Assembly (NCBI GenBank): GCA_902597015.1
Contig: CACJWQ010000003.1
Span: 25,434-89,433 of the forward strand
DNA: 64,000 bases
Source: an uncultured Alphaproteobacteria bacterium
GTDB lineage: Bacteria > Pseudomonadota > Alphaproteobacteria > HIMB59 > GCA-002718135
Direction of reading: 5' to 3'
The notes beneath the pieces were generated by a model that saw nothing but the letters and a program-made list of their open reading frames with translations, did no database searches and was not told the origin of the DNA. The position numbers were made by a program, and so were the translations under genes. This document shows, piece after piece, positions 17,896 to 28,183 of this stretch. Numbering within the stretch: position 1 is the first letter of the stretch; each line of letters begins with the position of its first letter.

Positions 17896-18756
17896 TTAAT
17901 ATTTTTCCTTATCAATTAATTCACTAACAAGTAAATTTCCAAATCCTTTTTTTGATGCTTGTTTGTAAAATGATTTTGCTATTTTTGAGAGTTTATTAGC
18001 ATTTGGCAAATCTGAAACAAGATCATTAATATAATTTAAATCTTTATATGTATTATCTACAGAAAAAACATATCCTTTAAAATTACCTTTTATAGCTTTA
18101 TCTGCAATTCTATCTAAAGCCCCTGAATTTCCAGAACCCAATCTAGCAACATCACATAACAGTTTAATATCAATATTTAGTTTTTTTGCAGATTTAAAGA
18201 ATTCAATGACACTGGTCGTAGTCATTAATGATAAAAAGTTAGATAATAATTTTGCAGAAGATGCCTTTGATACATCACCAAAATTAAAAACAGACTTACA
18301 AAATGAATTAAGGTACTTTTTACATTGTAAAAAATTACTTTTTTTACCTCCATAAATTCCACCTAATATACCCTGCTCACTTTGAACTGGCCCACCCATT
18401 ACACCACAAAAATTATAGCTTATTTTTTTTGAATTAAAAATTTTATCCATTTTTAAAGCACCATTTTTATTATGTGTTGTTAAATCTATTACAAGTGTTT
18501 TACGATCAAGTTGTTGTTTAATTTTCTTTGCTACATTCAAAGCAACGGGTGTATTTGTTACACATATCATTAAACAATCAAGTTTATATTTTTGTATTTC
18601 ATTATATGATTTTAATTCTTTAGCTCCGATTTTTTTTAATTTGTTTATGGGTTTTCTATTTTTATGAGCAAAAATAAATACATTATGTTTTTTTAATAAA
18701 TTTTTAGCCATTCCATAGCCCATATAGCCAACACCTATAAATCCTATATTGCTCAT
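17896..18756 (-). CDS. Beta-hydroxyacid (3-hydroxyisobutyrate/6PGD-like) NAD(P)-dependent dehydrogenase
   Basis: IGFIGVGYMGYGMAKNL, VIDLTT, VMGGP, AKLLSN. Confidence 0.88.
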   Translation of the reverse strand: MSNIGFIGVGYMGYGMAKNLLKKHNVFIFAHKNRKPINKLKKIGAKELKSYNEIQKYKLDCLMICVTNTPVALNVAKKIKQQLDRKTLVIDLTTHNKNGALKMDKIFNSKKISYNFCGVMGGPVQSEQGILGGIYGGKKSNFLQCKKYLNSFCKSVFNFGDVSKASSAKLLSNFLSLMTTTSVIEFFKSAKKLNIDIKLLCDVARLGSGNSGALDRIADKAIKGNFKGYVFSVDNTYKDLNYINDLVSDLPNANKLSKIAKSFYKQASKKGFGNLLVSELIDKEKY

Positions 18757-18805
18757 AAGGATAACTATAGTGAAAAAATTATTATTTAAAAGTGAATTAT
18801 CAATT

Positions 18806-19966
18806 TTAATTATTTCTTGATGAAATAAAAGAAACTACTAATACAATAATTAAAAGAGGAACGCATAAAAGATTTATAATAGTCCAATTTGAAAAATATA
18901 GAAGAAAACCAGCTGATAATGATCCTATGCCTTGAGTAGAAAAAACAATAAAATCATTTAAACCTTGTGCAGTAAATCTATCCTTTTCCTCATAAGAAAC
19001 AACCAACAAACTTGAACCTGAAACAAATAAAAAATTCCAGCCAATACCAAGTAATATTAAACCTAGCATATAAGAATAATAAAAATCAAAGAATGTATTC
19101 GTTATAATACTTAGAAACAAAATACTTACTCCTGCATATATAATATTGGTATTTCCAAATCTTTTTATTAAATCTCCAGAAAACAATGAGGGTAAAAACA
19201 TGCCAATAACATGAAGTTGAATTACGATACTGGTTTCAAATAAAGTAAATTTATTAACAAGATACATATGTAAAGGAGTAGCAGTCATAATTATAGCCAT
19301 TGTAAAATAACCAAGACCAGCGCTTACGATTGATTGTATAATTTTAATATTTTTTAAAAGTTTGAAAATAGTTTGAATTTCAAATTTGCTTTGATCATTA
19401 AAAGTTTTTGTTTCCTTATAAAAAAGAAGAACAAAGAAGGGAATGATTGCTGTAAACGATAAGAAAATATAACTACCAAGAAATAAATTGCTTGGAAAAA
19501 AATCTTTAAAATATTCTGCAAAATTAGAAGAAAGCAATGCGGAGACTATACCCAATAACAATATTATTGAGATAGATCTTGGAATAAATTCTTTAGAAAC
19601 TGACTCAGATGCAGCAAATCGATACTGATGAATGAACGCTTGTGAGCTACCAATTAAAAAATTACCTAATGCAAAAATAAAAAAATTTTCCAAATATATT
19701 GCGATTGAACAAATAATTAAAGCTAAGCAACTTAAAAGAGATGAAAATAAAAATCCTTTCTGCCTCCCCCAGATACTCATAAATCTAGATGCAATAGGTG
19801 CGCTTATTGCTATACCTATAATCATTAATGTCATTGGAACTGTTACTAATGAATCTTGCATCATTATTTGGGATGTAATTATTCCACCTAATAAAACTAC
19901 GGCCATAGGTGGAAAAGCTGCAATTGTAGAAGAAATACAAATAACAATAAAATTTTTATTAATCAT
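18806..19966 (-). CDS. MFS transporter
   Basis: 12 TM; WGRQKGF, QYRFAASE, MTATPL, LGIGWNFLFVSGS. Confidence 0.9.
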   Translation of the reverse strand: MINKNFIVICISSTIAAFPPMAVVLLGGIITSQIMMQDSLVTVPMTLMIIGIAISAPIASRFMSIWGRQKGFLFSSLLSCLALIICSIAIYLENFFIFALGNFLIGSSQAFIHQYRFAASESVSKEFIPRSISIILLLGIVSALLSSNFAEYFKDFFPSNLFLGSYIFLSFTAIIPFFVLLFYKETKTFNDQSKFEIQTIFKLLKNIKIIQSIVSAGLGYFTMAIIMTATPLHMYLVNKFTLFETSIVIQLHVIGMFLPSLFSGDLIKRFGNTNIIYAGVSILFLSIITNTFFDFYYSYMLGLILLGIGWNFLFVSGSSLLVVSYEEKDRFTAQGLNDFIVFSTQGIGSLSAGFLLYFSNWTIINLLCVPLLIIVLVVSFISSRNN

Positions 19967-20084
19967 TACAAAAGATAATTTCTAATTGGTTATATTAATT
20001 TGATCACTTGTCACTCTTTGATTTACAAAAAAAGTTAATAAGATTATTAAGTAGACAATATTTGCTTTTAAGATAAAAATAATT

Positions 20085-20975
20085 ATGGTTTCAAGTCATG
20101 ATTTTGTAGATGATAAAAGAAATAAGAATATTAAAATTTATATCAACGGAAAATTTTATAAAAGAAAAGATGCCAAAATATCAGTTTTTGATTCCTCTAC
20201 AATGCTTGGGGATGGTATCTGGGATTCGTTAAGATATCATAATAACAATTTCATTTTTCTTAAAGAACATCTGGACAGGTTATATAAAGATGCAAAGCTT
20301 ATTGATTTAAAAATACATTTGACCCGTAAAAAACTTTCAGAAGCACTAATAAAAACTATTAAAATAAATAAAATGAAAACAGATGTTCATTTAAGATTAA
20401 TTGTTTCTAGGGGTATTAAATCAACACCCTATCAATCACCTAAAGTTACAATATCCAAACCAACCATAATCATAATACCTGAATATAAAAAACCAGATAT
20501 TAAAGCTTACAAAAAAGGATTAAAATTGGTTACAGTAAAAACTATTAGAGGGCCAATCAATGTTCAAAATCCACAAATAAATTCACTTAGTAAATTAAAT
20601 TGTATACTAGCATGCATTGAAGCTAATAAAAAGAATGCTGATGAAGCACTTATGTTTGATATTAATGGAAATATTGCTACAAATAATAGTACACATTTCT
20701 TCTTTGTAAAAAATAAGACAGTCTTTACCTCAACAGGAAAATATTGTGTTACAGGAATTACGAGACAGAAAATTATAGATTTATGTAAAAAAAATAAAAT
20801 AAAAGTAAAAGAAAAAAATTTTAAATTAAACGAAGTATTAAATGCAGATGAAGCATTTTGTACAGGATCTTTCGCAGGAATTGTACCTGTAAATCAAATA
20901 AATAAAAAAAAATACTCATTAAAGAAAAATCCTATTACTAAAGAATTAACTAATTTTTATAATAATTTATTTTAA
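20085..20975 (+). CDS. Fold-type IV PLP enzyme (BCAT/DAAT-like) with an atypical active site
   Basis: YINGKF, AKISVFD, GDGIW, HLDRL, GITRQ, ADEAFCTGS. Confidence 0.85.
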   Translation: MVSSHDFVDDKRNKNIKIYINGKFYKRKDAKISVFDSSTMLGDGIWDSLRYHNNNFIFLKEHLDRLYKDAKLIDLKIHLTRKKLSEALIKTIKINKMKTDVHLRLIVSRGIKSTPYQSPKVTISKPTIIIIPEYKKPDIKAYKKGLKLVTVKTIRGPINVQNPQINSLSKLNCILACIEANKKNADEALMFDINGNIATNNSTHFFFVKNKTVFTSTGKYCVTGITRQKIIDLCKKNKIKVKEKNFKLNEVLNADEAFCTGSFAGIVPVNQINKKKYSLKKNPITKELTNFYNNLF

Positions 20976-21689
20976 ATGATTAATTTATTCGTTTGGTCTG
21001 GACCAAGAAATATTAGTACTGCATTGATGCGATCTTTTGAAAATAGAAAAGACACAAAAGTTTATGATGAACCTTTTTATGCATATTATTTAAAAAAAAC
21101 TAACTTAAATCATCCAATGAAAGATGAAATTATAGATCACTATCATACAGATGAAGATGAGATTATTAATTTAATTACTAAAGAAGATAATAAGTATAAA
21201 ATATTTTATCAAAAACATATGACTCATCATATTTTAGATGAAACACGTTTAGATTGGATTAACAAAGGTAAAAATTGCTTTTTAATCCGTGATCCTGCTA
21301 AAGTAATTGCCTCATATTTAAAAAAAAATACTTTAAAATCAATTCAAGATGTTGGTTTTAAAAAACTTTATGAAATTTTTAAATTATTAAATTCAAAGGA
21401 GCCTATAGTAATAAACTCTGATTATTTATTAGCAAGTCCTGAAAAGTATTTAAAAATTTTGTGTCAAAAATTAAATTTAGATTTTGATCAAAATATGCTT
21501 AATTGGCCAAAAGGCTATAGAGATACAGACGGTATTTGGTCAAAAGTTTGGTATCAAGATGTAATCTCCTCTACTAATTTTAACACAAAAAATTCTAAAG
21601 AATATATTGTACCAAAAACTTATGAAAATATTTATAAAGAATGTTTAGACATATATGAAGAAATTAATAAATACGCAATTAAAGTATGA
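20976..21689 (+). CDS. Sulfotransferase-like P-loop-fold protein (BCAT-like-associated family)
   Basis: WSGPRNISTALMRSF, VYDEPFY, YQKHMTHH, FLIRDP..VIASY, MLNWPKG. Confidence 0.8.
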   Translation: MINLFVWSGPRNISTALMRSFENRKDTKVYDEPFYAYYLKKTNLNHPMKDEIIDHYHTDEDEIINLITKEDNKYKIFYQKHMTHHILDETRLDWINKGKNCFLIRDPAKVIASYLKKNTLKSIQDVGFKKLYEIFKLLNSKEPIVINSDYLLASPEKYLKILCQKLNLDFDQNMLNWPKGYRDTDGIWSKVWYQDVISSTNFNTKNSKEYIVPKTYENIYKECLDIYEEINKYAIKV

Positions 21690-22480
21690 TTAAAGAAGAT
21701 ATTCAAGAAGCATCAAAAATTTTATTTGAACATAGATTGAATAAAACTGGTTTAAGTTCTTTAAAAAATCTAGAACCTCAGACAATTGATGAGGCTTATG
21801 CAATTCAAGATCATTTAAAACTTAGATACTTAAAACTGAAAGATAATTTCTGTATTGGAAAAAAAGTTGGATGCACATCTGTAGCTGCACAGAAACAAAT
21901 GAATATAAAAGAACCCTTCCATGGAAATCTATTTTATCGATACAGTTCAAAAAATATTAATTTATTAAATTCTAAAAATTTCTTTGAACCCTATGTTGAG
22001 CCAGAAATTAGTTTCAGAATAAAAGATGATATAAATATTTCTAAAGCACCTTTCAAGTTTAAAGACTTAGATTATTTATTAGATGGTTTATTTTGTTCAG
22101 TTGAAATAGTTGATTTTAGATTTAGAAAACCATTATCAGAGATTGGCGCCTTAAATGTAATATCAACTAATGGAGCCTCAGAATTTTGGATACGTGATGA
22201 AAATTTAATTAAAATTAAAGATGTAGATCTTAACAATTTTGAAGTAAGTTTATTAATAAATGACACAATTGTAGATACTGGAAATACAAAAAATGTATTG
22301 GATAATCCATTAAATGCAGTTCTTTGGCTGATAAATAATCTTGCAGAAAAAGGCGAGCCAATGCTTAAAGGTCAGTTTATTAGTTCTGGATCTTGCACTA
22401 AAGCATTTAGAATTTATCCTAAAAGTAAAATTAAAGCTGATTTTAATCAATTGGGTTCAATTGAATTTGAATATATTTAA
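21686..22480 (+). CDS. 2-keto-4-pentenoate hydratase-like (FAH superfamily)
   Basis: EAYAIQ, GKKVGCTS, EPEISF, VEIVDFRF, PLNAVLWLIN, GQFISSGS. Confidence 0.85.
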   Translation: MIKEDIQEASKILFEHRLNKTGLSSLKNLEPQTIDEAYAIQDHLKLRYLKLKDNFCIGKKVGCTSVAAQKQMNIKEPFHGNLFYRYSSKNINLLNSKNFFEPYVEPEISFRIKDDINISKAPFKFKDLDYLLDGLFCSVEIVDFRFRKPLSEIGALNVISTNGASEFWIRDENLIKIKDVDLNNFEVSLLINDTIVDTGNTKNVLDNPLNAVLWLINNLAEKGEPMLKGQFISSGSCTKAFRIYPKSKIKADFNQLGSIEFEYI

Positions 22481-22494
22481 GTTATTTAATTATT

Positions 22495-22857
22495 ATGGAG
22501 ACAAAAGTTTTTTATAACAAATCATGCAGTATTTGTAGTTTTGAAATTAATCACTATAAAAAAACTAAGAATAATATTGAGTGGGTAGACATAAATAATA
22601 TAAATGAATCAAAATTAGAAACAAATAAAAATGCAAAAGAACTTTTGAGACGCCTACATACAAAAAAAAATAATAAAGTTTTTTCAGGAGTTGATGCTTT
22701 TATTGAAATGTGGTTGGAGATACCAAAATACAGGTTTTTGGCAAAAATTATTAGAAAACCAATAATATATCAGATTTCTTGGGTTATTTATGAAGCTTTT
22801 GCATTAATTCTATTTTACAAAAACAAGAATCAACTAAATAAATTAGAAAGAATTTAA
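22495..22857 (+). CDS. DCC1/DUF393 thiol-disulfide oxidoreductase-like protein
   Basis: VFYNKSCSICSFEI, RRLH, SGVDAF. Confidence 0.85.
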   Translation: METKVFYNKSCSICSFEINHYKKTKNNIEWVDINNINESKLETNKNAKELLRRLHTKKNNKVFSGVDAFIEMWLEIPKYRFLAKIIRKPIIYQISWVIYEAFALILFYKNKNQLNKLERI

Positions 22858-23244
22858 ATGAACAATTATTTTGAGTTATTAGAGAAGATAGTACTGTCAG
22901 TGCTTATTATTTGCACAATCATAGCGATTGGAATGGAAATACAAGGTATGATTGCAAATTACAAAGTTACACTAGCAGACATTCTTTTGTTATTTATTTA
23001 TATTGAAATTATTGGAATGATTAAAGAATACTGGGTTTCTAAAATGATAAGAATGAGCTACCCTCTTTTCATTGCAATGACAGCTCTAGCCAGAATGATT
23101 ATTATGCAAAGAAAAGATGTTGATCCATCTGCATATGTGTATGAGTCTGTAGCAATATTGATATTAGCAATCGCAATTGTAGTGTTAAGAGTGCGTCACA
23201 TGGAAATACTTAATAGGCGCTCTAAAAAATTACCTGACGATTAA
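22858..23244 (+). CDS. psiE: Phosphate-starvation-inducible PsiE-family membrane protein
   Basis: VTLADILLLFIYIEIIGM, PLFIAMTALAR. Confidence 0.8.
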   Translation: MNNYFELLEKIVLSVLIICTIIAIGMEIQGMIANYKVTLADILLLFIYIEIIGMIKEYWVSKMIRMSYPLFIAMTALARMIIMQRKDVDPSAYVYESVAILILAIAIVVLRVRHMEILNRRSKKLPDD

Positions 23245-23255
23245 TTAATATTAAA

Positions 23256-24434
23256 ATGTTAAAATCAAATATCAGCTTTGCTGAAGAGCAACTCCTATCT
23301 TATTTGCCAAAAACTGGAAAATATTATGAAGCAAATAGAAATTACAGTGAAGACAGATCTAATAATAATACTACATCTCTATTATCTCCCTTCATAAGAT
23401 ATAGGCTAATTTCTGAAGAACAAGTTTTGGGGGAAGTCTTAAAAAAACATGATCTTAGAGAATGTGAGAAATTTATCCAAGAAATTTATTGGAGAACTTA
23501 TTGGAAAGGCTGGCTTGAACATAGACCTTCGGTTTATTCTGATTATTTAGAAGATAGAAATAAATTAATTGAAGAATTTGGAAATAAAAAATTTTATTTA
23601 AATGCAATTTCTGGAAATACAAATCTATCATTTTTTAATAATTGGGTAAATGATCTTAAAGAAAATGGATACTTGCATAACCATGTAAGAATGTGGTTTG
23701 CCTCAATTTGGATTTTTACTCTTAATTTACCTTGGCAACTTGGAGCAGATTTTTTTATGCAACATTTATTGGATGGCGATCCAGCATCTAATACTCTATC
23801 ATGGAGATGGGTTGCCGGTATACAGACTAAGGGTAAAAATTATTTGGCAAGAAAAAGTAATATAGAAAAATATAGTAATATTGAAATATCAGATAATGAA
23901 ATTTTAAATGAAAATGCAAATCCTTTAATTGAAGAAAAAATTTATAATGTAAATGAACTAAATTTAAATTCTGATTATAATCTTGAAGAGATAAAATATA
24001 TTTTAATACCAACTGATGAATTAAATATTCTTAAAGATTTAAATCATAAAAAAGTAAATGTTTTTACAGGTTTGCCACTAGAAGATTATAATGATCACTA
24101 TTTCTCTGAAAAAATAATTAAACATATAAAAAGTATTTGTATTTCATGTTTCAGTGATGATGATTTTTATAAAAATATTAAAATTGATATTCAATTTGAA
24201 AGTTATTTTGAAAATTTAGATAAATGGATAGAAAAATTTCAAATTCAAGAAATTTATTTACCCTATGTTACAAAGGGAAATTGGAAAAAAATTTATAAAA
24301 AAATAATTACAAAATACCCATCAATTAATTTTATAATTTTTAATAGAAAATATGATCTTAATAGTTGGATTTTTTCAAAAAAAGGTTATTTCAAATTTAA
24401 ACAAAATATTCCAAATCTAATTACAAAAATTTAA
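23256..24434 (+). CDS. Photolyase with the FAD-binding domain at the N-terminus (inverted topology, NewPHL-like)
   Basis: TSLLSPF, KFIQEIYWRTYW, GYLHNHVRMWFASIW and LLDGDPASNTLSWRWVAG all lie in the first 200 aa; C-terminal KGYFKFK. Confidence 0.85.
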   Translation: MLKSNISFAEEQLLSYLPKTGKYYEANRNYSEDRSNNNTTSLLSPFIRYRLISEEQVLGEVLKKHDLRECEKFIQEIYWRTYWKGWLEHRPSVYSDYLEDRNKLIEEFGNKKFYLNAISGNTNLSFFNNWVNDLKENGYLHNHVRMWFASIWIFTLNLPWQLGADFFMQHLLDGDPASNTLSWRWVAGIQTKGKNYLARKSNIEKYSNIEISDNEILNENANPLIEEKIYNVNELNLNSDYNLEEIKYILIPTDELNILKDLNHKKVNVFTGLPLEDYNDHYFSEKIIKHIKSICISCFSDDDFYKNIKIDIQFESYFENLDKWIEKFQIQEIYLPYVTKGNWKKIYKKIITKYPSINFIIFNRKYDLNSWIFSKKGYFKFKQNIPNLITKI

Positions 24435-24437
24435 ATT

Positions 24438-25382
24438 ATGAAGAATATACTTGAGATAAATAATGTAACTAAATTTTATAAAAATTCAGTTAAAGCATTA
24501 GAAAATGTAAATCTTAATATTAAAGAAGGAGAAATATTTGCTCTACTTGGACCAAATGGTGCAGGAAAATCAACACTGATAAACTCAATTTGTGGAATTG
24601 TAAATTTTAATACAGGAACAATAAAAATAAATAATATGGATATTGTTAAAAATTATCGAACTACTAGAAAAATAACAGGTATTGTTCCTCAAGAATTAAA
24701 TCTTGAATCTTTTGAAACTGTCTGGAATAATGTTAATTATTCTAGAGGTCTTTTTGGTAAGAAGCCTGACCATAATTATATAGAAAAGCTTTTAAAACAA
24801 CTATCCTTATGGGACAAAAAAGATAATAAAATTAAAGAACTATCGGGTGGAATGAAAAGGAGGGTTCTGATAGCTAAAGCTTTATCTCACCAACCTAAAT
24901 TACTATTTTTAGATGAACCAACAGCTAGTGTGGATGTTGAATTACGAAAAGACATGTGGGATGTTGTAAAAAAATTAAATGAAGATGGGGTAACAATTAT
25001 TTTAACAACACATTATATTGAAGAAGCTGAAGAGTTAAGTGATAGAGTGGCAGTTATAAACGATGGTAAAATAATTTTAGTCGATGAAAAAGATAAATTA
25101 ATTAAAAAACTTGGAGAAAAAACAATTAAAATTGAATTATTTGAACCTATAGAAAAAATAAATGGTAATTTATCAAAATATAATTTTACTTTAGATCAAA
25201 CAAATAAAATTATCTCACATACCTATAATTTAAACTCAAACACAACTGATATTACTGAACTATTAAATGATGTAAAAAAAGATGGTTATGAAATAAAAGA
25301 TATTAATACTGAGCAAAGTTCACTGGAAGAGATTTTCATTAAACTAATAAAGGAAAATAATAATGAATTGGTACGGAATTAA
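24438..25382 (+). CDS. yadG: ABC transporter ATP-binding protein (YadG-like)
   Basis: GPNGAGKST, LSGGMKRR, LFLDEPT, TTHYIEEAE. Confidence 0.88.
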   Translation: MKNILEINNVTKFYKNSVKALENVNLNIKEGEIFALLGPNGAGKSTLINSICGIVNFNTGTIKINNMDIVKNYRTTRKITGIVPQELNLESFETVWNNVNYSRGLFGKKPDHNYIEKLLKQLSLWDKKDNKIKELSGGMKRRVLIAKALSHQPKLLFLDEPTASVDVELRKDMWDVVKKLNEDGVTIILTTHYIEEAEELSDRVAVINDGKIILVDEKDKLIKKLGEKTIKIELFEPIEKINGNLSKYNFTLDQTNKIISHTYNLNSNTTDITELLNDVKKDGYEIKDINTEQSSLEEIFIKLIKENNNELVRN

Positions 25383-26124
25383 AGCAATATATATTCATGA
25401 AATGGAAAGGTTTAGAAGAACCTTATTCCAAAGTCTTGCCTCGCCAATAATCACAACTTCTCTTTACTTTGTAGTTTTTGGGTCTGCAATTGGTTCAAGA
25501 ATTACAGAGATAGATGGAATAAATTATGGCTCTTATATCGTACCAGGAATGATTATGTTAACTATCTTGACTCAATCAATTTCAAATGCTTCTTTTGCTT
25601 TTTATTTTCCAAGATTTACAAATACTATTTATGAAATACTTGCTGCACCATTATCATCATTTGAGATAGTACTTGGTTTTGTAGGAGCCGCAGCATCCAA
25701 ATCATTAATAATTGGATGTGTAATTATCCTAACAGCTAATTTTTTTGTAGATGTAAGAATAGATCACCCTCTTCTCATGATGTTTTTTTTAATTCTAACA
25801 TCCATTACATTTGCTTTATTTGGCTTTATAATTGGAATGTATGCCGAGGGCTTTGAAGGATTACAAATTATTCCAATTCTAATAATTACACCGTTAGTTT
25901 TTTTAGGTGGAAGTTTTTACTCTATTAATATGCTTCCAGAATTTTGGCAGAAAATATCATTACTTAATCCTGTTTTATATTTAATAAGCGGTTTCAGATA
26001 TAGTTTTTATGAAGTTTCTGATGTATCACTACTTACAAGTACATTAACTATCCTAACAATTCTAATTGGATGCATAATATTTATCATATATACATTTTCA
26101 AAAGGATATAGAATTAAAGATTAA
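25363..26124 (+). CDS. yadH: ABC-2 permease (YadH-like)
   Basis: SPIITTSLYFVVFG, YIVPG, TPLVFLGGSFYSI, NPVLYLISGFR. Confidence 0.88.
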   Translation: MNWYGIKAIYIHEMERFRRTLFQSLASPIITTSLYFVVFGSAIGSRITEIDGINYGSYIVPGMIMLTILTQSISNASFAFYFPRFTNTIYEILAAPLSSFEIVLGFVGAAASKSLIIGCVIILTANFFVDVRIDHPLLMMFFLILTSITFALFGFIIGMYAEGFEGLQIIPILIITPLVFLGGSFYSINMLPEFWQKISLLNPVLYLISGFRYSFYEVSDVSLLTSTLTILTILIGCIIFIIYTFSKGYRIKD

Positions 26125-26919
26125 ATGATTGAAAAAAATACTAGTAATGAGTTTCAGAATAATGGAGTTGTATTACTAAAAAGAATTATTGATCAAAAAT
26201 GGATTGAAGAACTAAGAAAGGGTGTTGAGCATAATTTTAAAAACCCAAGCAAATATAAATGTGTTTATGAAGAAGAAAATAATCAAGAGATATTTTATGA
26301 TGATTATTGTAATTGGCAAAGAATAAAAGAGTATAGAAATTTTATTTTTAATTCTAATATTGCAAAAATTGCTGGCTCATTAATGAAATCTAAAAAAGTA
26401 AATTTATTCCATGAGCATGTTTTAATAAAAGAAAAAGGATCTAAAAAAAGAACACCGTGGCATCAAGATCAGGGGTATTACTGTGTACAAGGAAGAGATA
26501 ATGTAAGTATTTGGATACCACTTGATAAAATTGATATTAATTCATCAATGGAATTCATACTAGGGTCACATAAGTGGGATAAAATATTTTTACCTACAAA
26601 ATTTAAAGGTTATGATTATGATCATAAAGATAAAGAATTTGAAAAAATTCCAGATATTGAAAATAATAGAAAAGATTATGAAATAATATCCTATGAATGT
26701 GAGCTAGGAGATGCCATAGCATTTAACTATGCAACAATTCATGCTGCATATGGTAATAATTCAAATAATAGAAGAAGAGCTTTTTCAGTGAGATTTACTG
26801 GTGATGACGCAAGATATATTAAGAGGAAAGGTGAAATGTCTCCCCCATTTCCAAATATTAATCTCAAAAATAATGAGGTTTTAGATAGTGAAACTTTTCC
26901 AGTCTTAATTTCTTCTTAA
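26125..26919 (+). CDS. Phytanoyl-CoA dioxygenase-family 2OG-Fe(II) oxygenase
   Basis: TPWHQD, IWIPLD, GSHKW, TIHAA, RRRAFSVRF. Confidence 0.9.
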   Translation: MIEKNTSNEFQNNGVVLLKRIIDQKWIEELRKGVEHNFKNPSKYKCVYEEENNQEIFYDDYCNWQRIKEYRNFIFNSNIAKIAGSLMKSKKVNLFHEHVLIKEKGSKKRTPWHQDQGYYCVQGRDNVSIWIPLDKIDINSSMEFILGSHKWDKIFLPTKFKGYDYDHKDKEFEKIPDIENNRKDYEIISYECELGDAIAFNYATIHAAYGNNSNNRRRAFSVRFTGDDARYIKRKGEMSPPFPNINLKNNEVLDSETFPVLISS

Positions 26920-27741
26920 AAAATATATTAATGGCAGAGCTGTTGCATACATTATTAAACTATAAATAGCAGCAGGTATCAAATAAACCGTACTTGCAAA
27001 GAAAGTATTAGCTACAACAATTGCTAAAGTTCCATTTTGTAGCCCAACTTCCATCAACCAACATCTGAATGTTTCTTTGGAAGATTTAAATGTATTAGAT
27101 AATAAATAAACAATGATCATCATTATAATATTTAAAAATAACATAACCAAACCTGCTTGAGCAAAGTAAGTAATAACATTTTCTCTTTGAGATAATATTG
27201 CTCCAATAAGAACTAAAACAAATAAAATTATTGATATATTTTTTGCTATTTTTTCAAATGAAGATAGTACTCCACTTAATAAAACTCCAACAATAACTGG
27301 TATTGTAACAATTAAAAACATTTGTGATGCAACACTAAATAACGACTGTCCCTCATTAATACTTCCCATGTCAAGAACACTTAATGATATCATTAATATT
27401 AATGGAACCGTAATTACGCATAAAATACTGTTTATTGCCGTCAAAGATATTGAAAGAGCAATATTTCCTTTTGCAAATGATGTTAAAACATTACTGGTTA
27501 CACCACCAGGTGCAGCTGCAAGAATCATCACTCCAATTGCAAGCTCTGGAGATAAAGGCCAAAACATAACAATTAATAATGCAACTATTGGAAGAATAAT
27601 AATTTGAAAAAATAATCCGATAAGAAAATCTCTTGGTTTAAAGAAAACTCTAGTAAAATCACTGAGACTTAAACCTAAACCCAATGAAAACATAATGAAA
27701 GCTAGAGAAAGAGGCAGTATTACGTCAGTTACAATTCCCAT
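26905..27741 (-). CDS. Bile acid:sodium symporter (BASS) family transporter
   Basis: IMFSLGL, AAPGGVTSN, AKGNIALSISLT, EVGLQNG. Confidence 0.9.
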   Translation of the reverse strand: MGIVTDVILPLSLAFIMFSLGLGLSLSDFTRVFFKPRDFLIGLFFQIIILPIVALLIVMFWPLSPELAIGVMILAAAPGGVTSNVLTSFAKGNIALSISLTAINSILCVITVPLILMISLSVLDMGSINEGQSLFSVASQMFLIVTIPVIVGVLLSGVLSSFEKIAKNISIILFVLVLIGAILSQRENVITYFAQAGLVMLFLNIIMMIIVYLLSNTFKSSKETFRCWLMEVGLQNGTLAIVVANTFFASTVYLIPAAIYSLIMYATALPLIYFLRRN

Positions 27742-27787
27742 AAAATTTATTTAACATTTGTTTGCTTATAAAAAAATATAAATTTAT

Positions 27788-28183
27788 TTAGATTTTTGAT
27801 AATTGCAATTTATCAAGCATTTCAATAGGCATTTTTACAATTTTACCTTTATCATTTACAGGAGTTATTAAAATCTTCGAATCAATTAATAAATTTTTTT
27901 CTCTAAATATAGACTGATTAAAAATTATTTTTACTTTTGAAATTTCGTGAATTTTTGTTTCAACATCTAAGATATCTTCAAAATATGCAGGTAATTTAAA
28001 ATCAATATCGATATGTTTAACTACAAAGTAAAAATTAAGTGATTGGAGTAGGTTTTGATGATTATAACCCAATTTATATAAGAATTCTGACCTACCCCTC
28101 TCTAAATATTTTAAATAATTTGAATGATATACTCTGCCTGATGCATCGGTATCTTCATAGTAAACTTTAATTTTATAATTCAT
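27788..28183 (-). CDS. ybgC: YbgC-family acyl-CoA thioesterase
   Basis: KVYYEDTDASGRVYHSNYLKYLERGRSE. Confidence 0.88.
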   Translation of the reverse strand: MNYKIKVYYEDTDASGRVYHSNYLKYLERGRSEFLYKLGYNHQNLLQSLNFYFVVKHIDIDFKLPAYFEDILDVETKIHEISKVKIIFNQSIFREKNLLIDSKILITPVNDKGKIVKMPIEMLDKLQLSKI

